Below, one piece after another: positions 49,463 through 59,656 of a DNA stretch of 64,000 bases. The stretch is from Rebecca billardiae RCC1528 (Eukaryota > Protista > Haptophyta), in contig OZ251228.1 in assembly GCA_965240325.2 (NCBI GenBank), positions 1,054,001-1,118,000 on the forward strand, given 5' to 3'. Position numbers and translations under genes: made by a program. Each line of letters opens with the position of its first letter. Within the stretch, counting starts at the first letter, position 1. The notes beneath the pieces were generated by a model. It did no database searches. It saw nothing but the letters and a program-made list of their open reading frames with translations, and was not told the DNA's origin.

Positions 49463-50339
49463 CTGAAGTAAGATGCGCGCTGCCTGCCCATCTAGTGGCC
49501 AGAATCTCCAGGAACCGGCGGCGCCGGCGTCGTATGTAAACTGCGGCCCAGCCGTCCCGGCTCGGGCCGCCCCGTCCCTGACTGGAACAAAGCCGCGCTC
49601 CAGGTGAAGGATGGGGGGTGCAGGATGGGCGACCCGACTACAGCTGGCGTCGGCTTGTCCGTGAATACGGTAGCCATTCGCCGCGACGTGCATGAAGCAG
49701 AGACGCAGTCGTCGCGGTAGACAGGGTTAAGCAGCCTTGCAGTCATTGGGCGGTACCGCCTTCGGGCCGTTACGCCAGCTCGACAGACGGACGCAGACGA
49801 CCCAAGCTGCGCAACCCGCCAACTTGCGGAGGGCCGCCGGCGAGACCCGCCTTCGGATCGGGGCCCTCTCCCACTGTGCCGCTTTCGGCGCACGCTCGGC
49901 CAGTGTGGCGGGCGCCGTGTGCGCGCGCACCATGCTGCGCTCGCGGCGCGTGCGCTTTGGCTAGCTGGCACATGGCTCCCGACGCACAGATCGACTGACC
50001 GCAGCTGGGATGCTCTTTCGCGCCGCAAGGACGCGTGCGAGGCCGGTCGCCGCGGCCGGGCGGCGTGACCGTGCCGCCTGCACACAGGGCGCCCATGGAC
50101 GTGGCTTCGCCACGCGCTGAGGCTGCGAGCGTTGCAGCCGAGTTCCACGACGCGCGTGACGCGTCATGTGCCCGATTCCTTGCCTCCTACGCACGTCTTC
50201 TGCTGGCAACGGCGACTCGCCTGCCCATGCGGTGGCGAAGCCGCCATTAGCACGGCGCTTTCAGCAGCTTGCAGGCGCTGCGTGTAATGGTCTTCTACTC
50301 GCTTCACATGCAATGTACTTACTTAGTGCGCCAAGCTTA

Positions 50340-50890
50340 AGGGGCTCACAAACTGGTATATGTATTTTGTGAGCCCCTTGGTGCACCGGGTTGTTCGTCA
50401 GATCGACCGTGCCCTGGTTATCGTCGTAGTTCACCGCCGTGAGCTCTACAACCGGCTCGTGCAAAACGTGACCAGATCGCGCAGGTAAATCACCTCGCGG
50501 CAGCGCTCGCTCCGCGTGATGTACTCCGCCTCACACGTAGACAACGCGACCACGCCCTGCAGTCCGCTGTGCCACGAGACCGGGACCCCGGTGTACATAC
50601 AAGGTATCCCGTCGTAGAACGTCGATCCTCGCGATCGTTCGCCCAGTCCGAGCCCGCGTACGCCACCAAATCAGGGTGTCGAGCGTGCGTCGCGTGCCGG
50701 AAAAGGATGCCGCGCCAACGCGTGCCGAGCAAGTATCGGAGCGTGCGCTTCGCGGCGGTCAAGCCGTAGAGCCGGGGATCCGACATCCGGCGTGCCAGCA
50801 TGTTCACGGCGTGTGCGATACCGAGGCGACACGTCGTCATGCAGTATATATATATGAGGAGTGAACCGGTCATCTCCTGGTAGCGCTGTC
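50340..50890 (-). mobile_element. Ty1/copia retrotransposon relic: RT C-terminus and RNase H, frameshifted
   Basis: RYQEMTGSLL...IAHAVNMLARRMSDP...AAKRTLRYLLGT...LVAYAGSDWANDREDRRSTTGY. In shifted frames it continues VSWHSGLQGVVALSTCEAEY and YDDNQGTVDLTNNPVH. Confidence 0.9.
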
Positions 50891-51223
50891 GGTCAGCGCG
50901 CAGCGCAGCGGGCGGGGAATCTCGTGCGTCTCGCTGCACTCAGTGGGTGTTGCTCGTGGCGAGTTACAGCGGCAAATAGGCACCGCTCGCGGATGAGACC
51001 CAGCACATTATGATAAGATATATAGCGCAGCGTCTGAGCGCTCGCGAACGACAACGTCACACGAGCTCGGTCGCCACGGCATAAGCTGCGGCCGATGCAG
51101 CGAGCACTCTGCGCGTATCGATTCTGCCTGCGAGCGAGCGGATTGCTGGCTGGCTGGCGTACGTCGTGCTGCTCGACGACGGGCCGGGTGGTTCGATCAA
51201 GCACGTGTACGTCATTGACGAGG

Positions 51224-51307
51224 TGGTAAGATGACGGAGCGTTTTACCGCTGCGGCACCAGAGTGGACTCTGGTGGCGCGGCGGTAAAACGCTCCGTCAT
51301 CTTACCA
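51224..51307. mobile_element. 84-bp fold-back (palindromic) insertion, TG...CA ends, 5-bp target-site duplication CGAGG
   Basis: Two 41-bp arms (TGGTAAGATGACGGAGCGTTTTACCGCTGCGGCACCAGAGT) with 2 mismatches surround a GG loop. CGAGG lies at 51219-51223 and 51308-51312. Confidence 0.85.
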
Positions 51308-52335
51308 CGAGGGACGCTGGTCGAGCGGGCATCGTTGACGAGGGTCGCTGGTCGAGGGGGGCCGTTCACGGAGGAGTCCGCGATGACATTGCCGAGCCCG
51401 AGACTGAGCTGATAGGCACACGCCGCTGACGGCCAGCTCACCAGCGCGGGCGGCGAGCACATTGACACTGACGGCGCTGCTGCTGCTGCTGATGACGTGG
51501 CGCGGCGAGCGAAGCCACAGTACGCGACCAACACGGACGGCGATAAGTCCGCGCGCGGCGCCCGAGCCGCGCGACGATCCGATGCGGCGCGACCGAGTGT
51601 GGCGAGCAGACCCGCCACGTGGACGGTGCAGCCTGTGACCGAGGCAGCAGCGTAAGGTCATGATTGTGCTGCCGGACAACACGCGGACAATTCCTGTCGG
51701 TCCATTCCTACAATTCTCAAGTTCAAAGTTGAAAGTGATGGGTGTTCGACGTGAAGACGCTTCCCGATGGCGAAGCGGTTAAGTTCAAGGCGCGGCTGGT
51801 AAACCAGGGGTTCCGCCAGCGCGAGGGCATCGACTTCAATGAGATGCTGTTCGCCACGACGATACCCGTACCCGAACCGAACAGCTGCCACTGATGCTCG
51901 CGGTCGTGCTCAAGGCTTTCAAACGTGTCTCGATGACGCGGCGAGCACCAAGATCGTGGTTATACCTGAACAGCGACCTGCCCGACGGCGAAGAGGTGAT
52001 GACACCGCTCCCGCCCGGCTACACCGGCGCCGCTCTGCTCGAAGCTGGTGGTCCCGCGAAATTTGTGAGGGCGGCGCTCCCTGGGCCATGCAGGGGCGTT
52101 CCCCGCACTGGTCACACGCCAATTGGCTTCCTCTATTTCAAGCGGGTACATTTGATTACGGCCCGCGCCAGTCCGGTAGCAATGCTCCCCCCCAGGCGGG
52201 GCATTGCTTTCGGGAGCGTGTGGCAGGATCCCGGGAACGCCCTTGCATGCGCCAGGCCGGGGCACGTGTAACGAATCTTCCGGCGGCGCTACCATCGGCG
52301 CCGGCTTCATGGGCGGTGACAGTTGGCGGGCGTCA

Positions 52336-52380
52336 ATCTCGCCTGCCTGAGCTGTGTGCGTCTCTTATTCTTAGTAAACT
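52336..52380 (+). repeat. Dispersed ~45-bp repeat, copy 2, inside the copia RT relic
   Basis: Matches 40050-40098 except for a 4-bp indel. Confidence 0.85.
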
Positions 52381-53314
52381 GTACCTGCACTCTGAACTTG
52401 TGTTTGCTTGAACATGTGGGGTTGAGCCGTGCCCGAGCGCCGTGCATCTCCTCGAAGGCAGCCGATGGCTGCTACGTGTTCGCCGGTCACTTTGTCCACG
52501 ATCTGCTTATGATGAACATATCGAAGGACAAGACCACGTTGGACGCGCTGATGACGGCGTTGTCGAATCACTACACTATGAGAGAGATGCAGGGCGCGGA
52601 CTGCCTGAGCAAGCTCCTGGTGCCGAGTTCGAGAGCACGTGGGACGGACTCTTTACCCGCCTGAAGCAGCGCATTGGTGATGTGTGCGAGCGCGTCCACC
52701 TGACTGGCGAACTGAAAAAATAGCACGGCGCTTGACCGAGCCCAGGCCTCGCCGCGGTCACCTCATTGCGAGTGCCACTCACGGACAGACCGCGCGCACA
52801 GCCGCCTTGCAGGCGGAGGACGTCGGTGCCTGCGTGCGTACGTCGTTCTGTGGAAACCAACCCACACACCACGCCGTGCGTGAGTCCCGTGCTGTTACTC
52901 AGCTGCTCGATGCAGAGCATGCGGGAACCGTAGGAGTCATCCGAGCGCACTCCGCTGATGACACATTGTGGCTGCGACCGGTTGGATGGGCCATGCGCCC
53001 CCATGGCCATGCCCGGCGGCACGTGATCACACGCAGGATCCGGATAATTCGAGACAGTCGAACGGGCCAAGAAGGCTGCCAATTTGACGAGCTCGCATAC
53101 TCATAAGAAACGGTCTACATTGAACATAAGAAATGCACACAGCTCAGGCACCTCCAATCTCAAATCGGTCACAACAGGTCCATGCGAGCCGCGCAGCGCA
53201 GGTTTGGATCGTGCTTTAGCAGCTCACGGCCGCGCTCAAGCCATTCGGTCGCGGTGGCCGACCGCAGCTCACTAGTCATTGGCGGACGCCAGCCGGGCGC
53301 AGCAGCGCCGTGCA

Positions 53315-54949
53315 CTACGACCTGGCGTCGTCCTGCGTTGTGGCGGTCCGATTGCGCGGCCGCGCGGATGGCACGCGGCCGTGCAGGAGCCGCCACAGCT
53401 GCGCCATCTCCAGTCTAGCGAGCTTGCTCTCGCAGTCGTTCACGCCGTACGTGAGAATCAGAGATTCGCGGTCGTGGCTGAACTCAATGCCGGTGACGAA
53501 TTGCACCACCTCGCAGCGCCGATCTGTGGCCGAGTGCGGGAGGCAGAATTCTGCCGAGTGCGCGACCATGTAGTGCGGCGTCTCCAGCGCGAGGACATAG
53601 AAGAAGTGCATGTAGTGCGAGGCGAAGTAGGCGACTTTGTGCACCTTGCCATGGTGCACGTGCCCGACCCCGAGCAGCCCCGCGGCAGGGACGTCGGAGC
53701 CAAGAGCGTCGCGAAGGCCGTCGACGCGCAGGAGCGAGGTCGTGCCCGAGACGGAAAGGTGGTCACACGCTCGCCCCTCTCGCGCGCGGGTGGGCGACAG
53801 GCGCAGCTCGCTTGAGGCGACCTCCGTGTGCGGCTGAAAGCCTGTGGGGTGGCCGACGACGGCCGATGGTGGCACGTCTGCCACGACGACGACGGGGTGC
53901 AGCCACACCTGCACGCGCGGCCGTGCGGCAGAAATGAAGAGCGCATGGTTGCGCCCTCGGACCACACTCTCGCACAGCGGCACTACCTCGGCGATCCGGG
54001 CGCTCCACGCGCCTCCGTCGCCGCCGAGCCGCAGGCGGCCAACGTGCGTCGAGCGCTTGCACGCGAAGCAGCATTGGCGGCATGAGTCGCTGAGCCCCTC
54101 GTTGCCCTTGCTCATGTCTGCAGCAGGCAAGTATGTCAGCCACAGCTCGCCGTGCCTGCCGTCGCGCATCAGCCGCACGTCGATCAGCTGCGTCCCGACG
54201 GAACTGCCGGCAGTCGTCGTGTTGATGATGTCCACATTAGCGCCGGGCTGCTCACCGCCGCACGCGTCGAGCACCCGAGGTCTGCCAACGGGTGCAAATG
54301 ATGCGTCCGTGCGCACGATAGCACTGAAGCGTTCGCCGGGCCTGCTGTTGAACTGGCGCTTAACCCCATTCGGTTCGACCGTGCAACCGTGCTGCCAGTC
54401 GGCGCGGTAGCTCAGGAGGAAGCCGCTGCCGAGCTGCACGAGCGAAGGGTTGTACGCCTGGAAGCCCGGCGGCACGGGGAAGTGGAGAACGCGCGGCCCG
54501 ACGTCCAGGACGAATGGCGCGCCTTGAAGCAGGCAGCCCGCGCGCTCTTCGTCGTGGATGACGCCGCGCACATGCGGATCTGGGGTGAAGAGCATCGCGT
54601 CCGGGTACTCGCGGGACACGGCATCGAGCATCGAAGGCGCTCCTGGGAGACTCGGCCGCACCGATTGTATCAGAACGCCGGTCGTCGCGTTCACGCGCGG
54701 AGATGCGTGTGGCGCGGTCGCGTCAACGCTGTCATCCGCTGCCATTGCAATGCCCCACACGTGCCTTCCCCAGTAAAACCCCGCGCCGCCCGCGCTCAAA
54801 GCGAGCGCACATGCGGTGACAATGGCCGCAGCTCGACCCATCGTGCATCGTGTGCGGTCCGCAGGCTGCAGGCTGTTGCTTGTGTCCGCGTCGGCGGCCT
54901 CCGCGGAGGAAGCGACGGGAGCGTAGCCAGCCCGACTCTCAAACCACAT
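53315..54949 (-). CDS. Type II membrane protein with a five-bladed beta-propeller glycoenzyme domain (GH130/GT91/GT108-like), ~544 aa, intronless
   Basis: Short N-terminal tail, then TM AAAIVTACALALSAGGAGFYW. Motifs AYNPSL, DVRL, RNHALF, SGTT, LLGVGH, YMHFFY, SAEFCLP, VQFVTGI and LILTYGVND match the pattern of beta-mannoside phosphorylase/mannosyltransferase propellers. The start is taken at the first plausible ATG. Confidence 0.7.
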   Translation of the reverse strand: MWFESRAGYAPVASSAEAADADTSNSLQPADRTRCTMGRAAAIVTACALALSAGGAGFYWGRHVWGIAMAADDSVDATAPHASPRVNATTGVLIQSVRPSLPGAPSMLDAVSREYPDAMLFTPDPHVRGVIHDEERAGCLLQGAPFVLDVGPRVLHFPVPPGFQAYNPSLVQLGSGFLLSYRADWQHGCTVEPNGVKRQFNSRPGERFSAIVRTDASFAPVGRPRVLDACGGEQPGANVDIINTTTAGSSVGTQLIDVRLMRDGRHGELWLTYLPAADMSKGNEGLSDSCRQCCFACKRSTHVGRLRLGGDGGAWSARIAEVVPLCESVVRGRNHALFISAARPRVQVWLHPVVVVADVPPSAVVGHPTGFQPHTEVASSELRLSPTRAREGRACDHLSVSGTTSLLRVDGLRDALGSDVPAAGLLGVGHVHHGKVHKVAYFASHYMHFFYVLALETPHYMVAHSAEFCLPHSATDRRCEVVQFVTGIEFSHDRESLILTYGVNDCESKLARLEMAQLWRLLHGRVPSARPRNRTATTQDDARS

Positions 54950-55213
54950 GCTCACGGAAGTACCTAAGCCAAGGCGGCCAGCAGTTGAGAGGGGAGTGGT
55001 CCGCGATGCCGCGACGCCATCGTGGAGCCAGCACAGCGTAGCGTCTCCGACTCGCCTGATCGATCTCGCAGCAGCGAGATTTCCCGGCGGCAGCTGAGCA
55101 AGCTGGATCCAGAGCTCTCCACCGCCGCGCTCGCCAAAGTCGCCACGCCACGGCTGTGCCACCTGCCGCTTGGCGCCAGGACTCTCAGTTCGCGCGCCGG
55201 CGCGCCGTGCGAG

Positions 55214-56460
55214 ATGGTGCGCGCGGCCACGCCAGGCGGCATAAGCCACACGCAATCCGCGCAATCTGCGCCCGCGCAGCTCAGCACGCAGTGCGCCGGT
55301 CGTGTCCCGCTGCGCGCAGGGCCAGAGGGAGCAGATCAAGCAGTTCGTCAGCTTCACCCAATGCTCGTGCGTGCGCACGCGCGTGCGCAGGCCCGCGCTC
55401 TTGCGAGCGCGTGCATGGGTGCGTGCGTATGTTTGCTCCGCGCCGACACGTGCATGCGCGCGCGCGCGCGCGCGCACCCTGCATGCCCCTTCAGCGAGAA
55501 GCTGGCGGGCCAGCTTCTCGCGGCTTTCGATTGGAATGTCGAGCTCGCGCTCGACGCCTTCTTCACCAATGGCGGACTGGGCGACACGGCAGATGACGGC
55601 CCTGAGGTGGACGCCTCCAAGATCGACGCCGTCTTCGACAAGTACAAGGATGCATCGGGTGACAAGGTGGACGTGGAGGGCACGCAGCGCCTATGCCACG
55701 ACCTCGGCATCGAGCCCACGGACATCGTGCTGCTCGTGCTCGCCTGGCAGATGCAGGCAAAGGTGGTGCTCGAGTTCACACGCGCCGAGTTCGTCGACGG
55801 GCTTGCGGAACTCGGCTGTGACAGCATCGAGTCGCTGCGGAACAAGCTGCCCGAGCTGCGTCAGGAGATTGAGGACCCGGAGGATTTCCGCTCATTCTAC
55901 CTGTACGCATTCGACTACGCACGCTCCTCGGAGCCGGGGCAGAAGTCGCTCGCACTCGACACCGCGGTCGAGATGTGGCGGCTGCTGCTCACCGGCCGCT
56001 TCGCGCTCGTCGAGCAGTGGATCGCATTCCTCACCGAGCAGCACAAGCACGCCATCCCGCGCGACACGTGGGCACTGCTGCTCGAGTTCGCCACGCAGGT
56101 GAGCCCCGATCTTGGTGACTATGATGAGGAAGGTGCGTGTGCAATGCGATTGCGAAGCTTCAATCTCACGACAGGAGAGACATGTGCCATGCCCTGACCT
56201 GGACATATGTGCACACTCGCACATGTGCTGCTGTGCATTGTTGGTGCAATATGCCCCCATTTGACCCAGACCGCGCCCCCTCCTCACCTGCATGCCGACT
56301 CGATCCGCACCCACGCAATTCGATGATGTTTGCCGCTGCTTCGCATGCGATGTGCACGGCATCGCCATCATGCTCATCAGGGGCATGGCCAGTGCTCATC
56401 GACGACTTCGTTGCATGGGCACGACCAAAGCTCAGCCTCACTGCCATGAGTGTTGAGTGA
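55214..56460 (+). CDS. DCUN1D1: DCN1-like protein (defective in cullin neddylation; UBA + PONY domains), ~255 aa, 4 exons (55214-55216, 55320-55366, 55495-56132, 56381-56460)
   Basis: The spliced sequence reads QREQIKQFVSFTQCSEKLAGQLLAAFDWNVELALDAFF (UBA), FYLYAFDYAR, GQKSLALDTAVEMW, IPRDTWALLLEF and YDEEGAWPVLIDDFV. The ATG-only first exon is the least certain part. Confidence 0.92.
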
Positions 56461-56832
56461 TGACGAGCGGCTAAATGAAAGTGACGACTGACGCACACTG
56501 CTGCCAGCAGTAGAGTGGCGCCCGGTATGTCGTCGTAGCAGTCATCATCAGAGTCATCGTAGCTTGATTCTTGAACAACATAGACATATCTGCTAGATCA
56601 TGTCGACCTTATTATCTGCAGCTCTTCAGGCAGTGCCGGATACTTCGACCATCCGGACGGTTGGAGCCAACCGCCTGCAGAAGAAAAGAAATCGTGCACG
56701 TAGGAAATTCGGGATTACTACTACAACAATATCTTTATTAAATATATTTTATTATTTCGACAGCGTAGTGAGGGCCCCCGGCGGGGCTCCACGCTACGCG
56801 CTCCGCCCTGCTCCGCGGGCCATAACAACCTG

Positions 56833-58897
56833 CTACACCACATGCACTACCGCCGCCTCCGCCTGCACGGCTTCCAGAACGCCCACGTCCTCTGCGAGCG
56901 CGCGCATCAGCAGGCGGAACGTCGGCAGGTCGGTCGCGTCCGCGTGCTCGGCGGCGAGCATCCCGCACAGCGCGTCGCGCTGCGCCGCGTCCACGTGTGC
57001 GCACAGCGCCAGCGCATCGCGCGCCAGCTCGAGGGGCGCGACGCCGCCGCCCGCGCCAGCGCGCCCGTTGTCCACGACAAGAGCGTGCAGCGCGCCGATA
57101 GCCTCGTCGCGCACGCCCGCGTGCGCCGGATCGACGAGCGCGCGGAGCAGCGCGTCCGCAACCACGGGCCGCGCAGTCACGCACTCTGGATGGGCGCGCA
57201 GCCGACCGCGCGTCGCCTCGTCCGCGCGCACCAGCCGCTCCGCCGCCGAGCGAAACGCGGCGCGCGCGCCCGGCCGCGCGAGCGCGTGCGCGTACGCGCC
57301 GACGAGCGCGCGCACCGCGCCCGGCGTCGCCTCGAGCTCGCGCCAGCGCTCGCGCACGAGCACGTCGAGCACGCGATGGTACCGCGGCGCCGACGCGCGC
57401 CGGCTGGCGCCCGACTCGAGCCGCGCCGCGCACAGCTGCAGCGCGGCCGCCCAGTGCGCGCGCGAGCCGCCGACCATCGCGAGCAGCCGCAGCAGCAGGC
57501 GCTCGAGGGCGGCGCCGGCGCGCTCGCTGCCCGGCCCGCCTGCCGTGCGCACCGGCCGCGCGGCGTACGCCACGAGCTCGTCGAGCAGCGGCGTGAGCGC
57601 ACCCAGCGCGCCGCCCGCCGCGCCGCGCGCGCCTGCCGGCGCGGCCGCGAGCGCGAGCGCGAGACCTGCAAGCGCGCCGAGCGCACGCGCGCACGCCTCG
57701 CGCGCGGCGGGGTCAGTGGCGCGCTCGTCGACGCTCGCGTAGTGCCGGATCAGCGCGGCTGCGACGGGCAGCAGCGGCTCCAACGCGCCGTGCGCCGCGT
57801 CCACCGCCGCGCGCGCCAGCCCATGCGACGCGCGCACCAGCGCCGTGAGCGCGCGCGCCCCAGCCGCGACCTCGCGCGCCGCTGCCGCCTCGCCCGCGCC
57901 CGACGGCGGCGGCCACGCTCCCGGCGTGAGCGCGTCGGCGCGCGGCGTGCCCGCCGCGTCGAGCAGGCCGCACGCATGCCACAGGGCTGCCGCCACGCGC
58001 ACGAGCACGCCGACCGCACCCGCGCCCCACTCCGCCGCGCCGTGCGCGCGGCCGGCGGCGTGCGCGGCCGCTCGGAGTGCGAACAGGCTCAGAGCGCCGC
58101 ACATCGGCGCACGGCCACGAGCGGGCAGCGCGATCATGAGTGCGTGCGCGTCGGCAACGAGCGCGTGCACGGCCGAGCGCACGCTCGCGTGCGCCTCGCG
58201 CACGCCGTCTGCCGCCCACGCCTCGGCCGGCACCGCGCTCGCGACCGCGCGAACCAGGGCCGCGGCCGCGCCGCCGAGCGCGGCCGCGGCCGCCCGCCCG
58301 TCGGCCGACGCCGCATCCGCTGCTGCTGCGTGCGCCGCGCGCAGCGCGCCGACGATGAGCTGGGCGGCCTCGGCCTCGGCGGCGACGTCGGCGCTCGAGG
58401 CCTCAGCCACGTGCGCGAGCGGCCTCGCCAGCGCGGGCGCGAGCGCGCGCAGCAGCAGCAGCAGCCCAACGCGGGCGCACGCGCCATCGCGAGCTCGCGG
58501 CGGCGGCGGCAGCGGCGACAAGGCTCGCGCCGCGCTCAGCGCCGCGCGCGCGAGCTCCAAGGCGAGCTGGCGCCCTCCGCCCGCGCACACATCGAGGGCG
58601 CCGACCGCCTGGCACGCCACCGGGCACAGCGCCGCAAGCGCGAGCAGCTCGTCCCCGCCCTCCGCCGCCCCGCCCCGCACCGAGCGGCGCGCACAGCTCA
58701 GCGACGCGCGCGCTCACAGCCGCCACGGCCGCATCCGGCCACAGAGCGAGCACGCCGCCCACAATGTCAGCCTCGGTGTGCGCGTCGACGAGCGCGGCCC
58801 GCGCTGCGGGCTCGGCTGCGTCATCCTCGTCGCTCTCGCCGCTGCTATCCACTGCCCTAACCCTCATCCGCGGACGCTGCGGAGGCGCCGCTGTCAT
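56833..58897 (-). CDS. XPO6: Exportin-6-like HEAT-repeat protein, apparently N-terminally truncated (~650-690 aa), with a frame break (intron or frameshift) near 58610-58716
   Basis: The C-terminus LLRALVDPAHAGVRDEAIGALHALVVD...CAHVDAAQRDAL...DLPTFRLLMRALAEDV parallels the exportin-6 C-terminus as I recall it (LLQVLVHKSHDLLQEEIGIAIYNMASVD...CDGVDANQKSVL...DLPSFTQNVHRLVNDL). A 615-codon Ala/Leu-rich ORF plus an upstream segment in another frame. Confidence 0.65.
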
Positions 58898-59200
58898 GTC
58901 GGCGTCAGCAGGGCAGCCTTGAAGCATTTCATGTCTCGATTCTGCGAGTTGACAATACCCAGCTTGGCCTTCGCCCACCGCCCTTTGAGTTTCACGTAGC
59001 TGCTGCCCGAAGTGGCCCGCCCGTGTCGACGTCGTGCCCTCCGTCCAGCCGTGCGGCTGCACTTGGCGCAGCGCGCGATGAGTGCGGCGGCGCCTTCGAG
59101 ATATGGCGTACGAAGCTTGCCGACATCCCGAATGACCTCTCGCTCGCGCTTGGTGGTGGCATTTGCCTGCTTGATCAACTTGTCGATGGCGCGCCCAGGT
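58894..59200 (-). pseudogene. Relic resembling the N-terminal region of a Polinton/Maverick-type B-family DNA polymerase ORF
   Basis: GSSYVKLKGRWAKAKLGIVNSQNRDMKCFKAALL (59007 to ~58905) fits the recalled motif GSSY(I/V)xLPxxxxxKKxI(I/V)NxxNxDxKCFxWA(V/L)L. The ORF stops immediately afterwards. Confidence 0.55.
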
Positions 59201-59656
59201 CCTCCTGCGGCGTGTCCTTGAGCGTGCGCCGGGCGACGGCGCGCCATGCTGTGGATCGAACGGTTCGGCGGGTGAAGAGGGGGTAAGAGACTCAATGACC
59301 AAGGGCGCCCTTGCAATGACTTTACTCATCCTTGATTGTTACCGTACTACTACAATCTTTAGTGTTGGGGTCGAGTCCGGCCAGGCGACCCCGGACTCAT
59401 CTCCACTCCTACCGACGCACACGCTTGCTCAGGTCTGCAGCTCAGGCAGGCGAGATCGCGACGAGTACCCACCGCCCGCCGGCAGTCGCAGCGTATTTTC
59501 TCATGAAACGCATGCTGCCGCGCCCCGCCGCGACGACACCGAGCGGACCAGCTCACCGAAGGCTGACCGCCAACGACTCGTCGGGAGCGCCCCCCTTGAC
59601 GACAGCGATCTCTCCGCTCTCGCACGCGCACGGCGGCGCGAACGAACTCATACCGC

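Larger units (their letters stand above)
51080..52720 (+). mobile_element. Ty1/copia retrotransposon relic: integrase C-terminus, linker and RT N-terminal/core region, heavily decayed
   Basis: AYVVLLDD/RVVRS/KHVYVIDE resembles the integrase C-terminal SRDVxFDE motif. RT motifs follow: KFKARLVNQGFRQREGIDFNE, YLNSDLPDGEEVMTPLPPGY, HFVHDLL (degenerate YVDDLL), LSNHYTMREM and LGAEF. Multiple frameshifts and stops. Confidence 0.85.

Noticed and set aside
52730-53106. 140-aa ORF downstream of the copia RT relic
   Set aside because: No ATG start or recognisable motif; probably further decayed repeat sequence.
44275-58860. Long antisense or alternative-frame ORFs over XPOT, MINDY4 and the XPO6-like gene (e.g. 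44848-47166 +, 56842-58860 +)
   Set aside because: These are Arg/Ala-rich shadow ORFs caused by high GC3 in the real genes.
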